A DNA stretch of 64,000 bases. Origin: Chlamydiota bacterium (GTDB lineage: Bacteria > Chlamydiota > Chlamydiia > Chlamydiales > JAAKFQ01). Positions 61,504 to 64,000 of the stretch are shown piece by piece. The first letter of the stretch is position 1. Each line of letters begins with the position of its first letter. The translations under genes and the position numbers were made by a program. Where the stretch lies: the NCBI GenBank assembly GCA_011064725.1, contig JAAKFQ010000002.1:2662-66661 (forward strand), written 5' to 3'. Below the pieces are notes generated by a model. The model did not search any database. It had not been told where the DNA came from and saw only the letters and a list, made by a program, of their open reading frames with translations.

Positions 61504-64000
61504 CTAACAGTTCGGTAAAACGGTCTGTACTATTTTGAGAAGGGGGGTGGAAGAGCCAGGTGGAGGGTCTTCCAAACTTGGAAAGGGAATGGGAGCGGGA
61601 GGACGCTGAAAACCTCTTTCATCTCCTGGAGGTGTAAGTGGAGCGCGAGGGTAGGGGCTTTTAGGGAGCCTTAAAGGAGTTCGCCTTAATGCTAAGTGGT
61701 TTCGGGGTTCTGGTGATGTTTCAACGGCTGCAACACTGTCTCCTTCTTCAGGAAGCTTGAATGCTTGTAGAATGGTTGTTAAGGTTCCTTGTGTTATGCG
61801 AGCTTGGCCTTTCTTTTTTACAACTTCATCTCGAAATGCCTGCAAAAACCTTTGTTTTCTTACATCTATTTTTGCATTGTTGTGAACCATACTACCTATG
61901 GAGGCAGCAGAAGAATCATGACAAATCACAAACTCTACGAGATCGGGGATGAAATCCATAGATATTTCACCAATAAATGCTTCAAAGAGTTTTGGAGTTT
62001 TTAGAATTTGGGTAAGGATAAAGTTGAATATGGTAAAGCGTTGGTGGGTTTCTTTAAAATAGTTTACAATATGTCCACATCCCATTTCGTTAAGTTTGGC
62101 TTGGATATTTTGACAAACTGCTGTTTTAGTTTCATTTTGAAGACCTACAGTTAGTAATAAGCAAAAATGCTCAAAGTCACTACAATTATTGACAAGATAG
62201 GCGAATTGTTCAGGTGTTACTCTTTCAGCAATATCTTTTGCACAGCTCTCTAGGTTTTCATGTTCCCATATATCAAGAGCTTCTGATAAGAAGGCAGCTA
62301 AGATTTGTTCATTTGTTGCTATTTCAAGAAATGTTGAAAGTTCATAGTAGTTCAACTCTCTTACAATTTCAGAAGGTGGTATGCACTCTTCAGCGTTACT
62401 CATTACAAATCGCATAGCCATTTGTAATTTTTCTTTTTGTTTGTTGCCATGGCTATGTTGATTTAATGCGCGAATAATGGATTGTAATTTCTCTTTGTTG
62501 GAAGAGCACATTTGTAAAACAGTTTGTAGTTGTTCTGAACTTGCATGGGTTACCAACACTTCAAAAGTGAATCGACTTGTTTCTTTAGAAAGAGCTTGCT
62601 CTTCATCTAAAGCCTGCTCTACATATGTTTGAAATACTGGTTCTTGTAAATGTGGTAAAAGTTCTCCAAAACAGGGGAGTTGTTTGAGCTGATCAAGCGA
62701 CACATGATCTTGTGCTTGAGCGAAGACTTGTAGTGTTTTATCATCAAGCTTTGTTGATAAAAACACTCTATTAAATTCTTGTAACAATGTAAGTAAGGCT
62801 TCGCTGTTTTCAGATAGATCTCCAAAAAAACCTTCTAAAATAGTTGAAGGATCTTCGCCATTTATACGCATGATTTCTAAAAGCCATGAAAGGAAACGTT
62901 TGTCATCATGAGAGCGATAAAGCTCTCTTTGGCCTTCTTTCCATTGCGATTGTGGAGTTAAAGTTGCTGGATCCGGCCTTCTTTCCACTCGTAAATGAGC
63001 TGCTTGTTGGACGGTTTCTGCAGGAATCTTTACTCGTAACTTTTCAGCTGCAATCAAACAGCGATTGTCTAAACAGCAATAAAAGTCTTGAGGAATAGCA
63101 GCAGCAGCCTGAGTCAAAGCGTGTTCTAATTTTGCTCTATCTGAAGCTGAATCTATGACCGTGTGTTTGCCAGATCTTTTTTGTCGCAATCTTTCTTTAT
63201 CTTCCTCTAAAATAATCCCATATTTTGTACAGAAAGTCTCAAAATTAAAACCTTCATCAGTATCCCAATCATTAACGCATCGTTCATATTTTTCTTTTTC
63301 GAAATCTAAAATTGTTTGAGGAAAGTCCACTTCTCTTACAAAAGCTGCTTCCAATGCTCTACAACAATGAATCCAAAGAGCTTCTTTTGTAAAACATGCT
63401 TCTTGTTGTGTTCGATTTAATGCTTCAATAATACCATCAATTTGTGGAAGAAATTGTTGAAGTTGTTCCAATGTCATGGCTTGCATAAGTGCATAAAATT
63501 TTAGATACATATGATCTTTTTCGTACGAATAATTACCAAGAAATTGAAAAATCAAAAGTTTGAAATTGTTTTCTCGATAAGGAGTTGTATAGGGAATTAA
63601 GATCGCATAATTTGTAATGAGATTCATAACAGCATTGAGGTTAAGAATTTTTGGTAAAATATCGAAAAGATTAGGAAACCTTTCTTTTGATTCAATTTGA
63701 CCATTTCTTGAAATTGTAGGATCGGTTGTAAAGAAGATGGCGTATAAATCTTCCCATGTTGCTTTTTGAAGTTGCGCATTTGCATCCAACTCCAAAGATG
63801 GGGCTCGAAATCTTGTTGGAGTAAGATTACCTCGAATAGGTTGCGAACGCCCAGGAGTTGAAAGAGGGGCCCCGTAGTTAATTCTACGAGGAAAGGGTAA
63901 TGGTGAGGATGGGTTTCCTTCTTGACGTAACTCCAAAAGTCTTGGATGCATCGGAGTTCCAGCTCTAAGAGGAGTTTTAAAACGAGAAATTCGAGCGGAT
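61504..64000 (-). CDS. large hypothetical protein with Pro/Arg-rich N- and C-termini; 5' end probably beyond the window
   Basis: The track ORF is 61504..63951, but the frame stays open upstream of that ATG to the window edge (SARISRFKTPLRAGTP-MHPRLL...). Both termini carry P(L/I)PFP and PSLE(D) motifs. The centre is helical with no motif I recognise. Confidence 0.65.
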   Translation of the reverse strand, partial: SARISRFKTPLRAGTPMHPRLLELRQEGNPSSPLPFPRRINYGAPLSTPGRSQPIRGNLTPTRFRAPSLELDANAQLQKATWEDLYAIFFTTDPTISRNGQIESKERFPNLFDILPKILNLNAVMNLITNYAILIPYTTPYRENNFKLLIFQFLGNYSYEKDHMYLKFYALMQAMTLEQLQQFLPQIDGIIEALNRTQQEACFTKEALWIHCCRALEAAFVREVDFPQTILDFEKEKYERCVNDWDTDEGFNFETFCTKYGIILEEDKERLRQKRSGKHTVIDSASDRAKLEHALTQAAAAIPQDFYCCLDNRCLIAAEKLRVKIPAETVQQAAHLRVERRPDPATLTPQSQWKEGQRELYRSHDDKRFLSWLLEIMRINGEDPSTILEGFFGDLSENSEALLTLLQEFNRVFLSTKLDDKTLQVFAQAQDHVSLDQLKQLPCFGELLPHLQEPVFQTYVEQALDEEQALSKETSRFTFEVLVTHASSEQLQTVLQMCSSNKEKLQSIIRALNQHSHGNKQKEKLQMAMRFVMSNAEECIPPSEIVRELNYYELSTFLEIATNEQILAAFLSEALDIWEHENLESCAKDIAERVTPEQFAYLVNNCSDFEHFCLLLTVGLQNETKTAVCQNIQAKLNEMGCGHIVNYFKETHQRFTIFNFILTQILKTPKLFEAFIGEISMDFIPDLVEFVICHDSSAASIGSMVHNNAKIDVRKQRFLQAFRDEVVKKKGQARITQGTLTTILQAFKLPEEGDSVAAVETSPEPRNHLALRRTPLRLPKSPYPRAPLTPPGDERGFQRPPAPIPFPSLEDPPPGSSTPLLKIVQTVLPNC

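Overview
This is an AT-rich bacterial chromosome segment. Gene content and local gene order indicate the phylum Chlamydiae, probably an environmental, amoeba-associated, Parachlamydiaceae-like lineage; that assignment is an inference. Supporting blocks are gatCAB, dcd/ruvB, ssb-pepA, a paired TlyC/CNNM-PP2C-NifS-like block, a DnaQ-like exonuclease with futalosine genes, msbA and accA, a long FabI, SpoIID, and a CesT-type T3SS chaperone. I support about 60 CDS, one tRNA-Pro(UGG) and the SRP (4.5S) RNA. I found no rRNA, no CRISPR array and no transposase or phage genes. Four kinds of accessory material interrupt the housekeeping blocks. (1) At 43.1-55.3 kb, six ORFan genes are each preceded by the same extended -10 box (TGTTATAAT). 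They include a three-member tandem paralog family with bilobed hydrophobic domains. The run lies 1.6 kb downstream of the T3SS chaperone gene and is split by tRNA-Pro, so I read it as a candidate T3SS effector / inclusion-membrane-protein island and my best candidate for an undescribed system. (2) A membrane-anchored OTU-type cysteine protease is a putative deubiquitinase effector. (3) A translationally coupled operon (cytidylyltransferase, GNAT-NeuB fusion, HAD phosphatase, Nudix) suggests synthesis of a sialic-acid-like nonulosonic sugar. (4) There are three families of MITE-like nested-palindrome repeats. Family A copies are all exactly 159 bp, and one is inserted inside another with a 7-bp target duplication. 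All four family B copies end 5-15 nt upstream of the next + strand gene. All functional calls come from motifs read in the translations, and no database search was possible.
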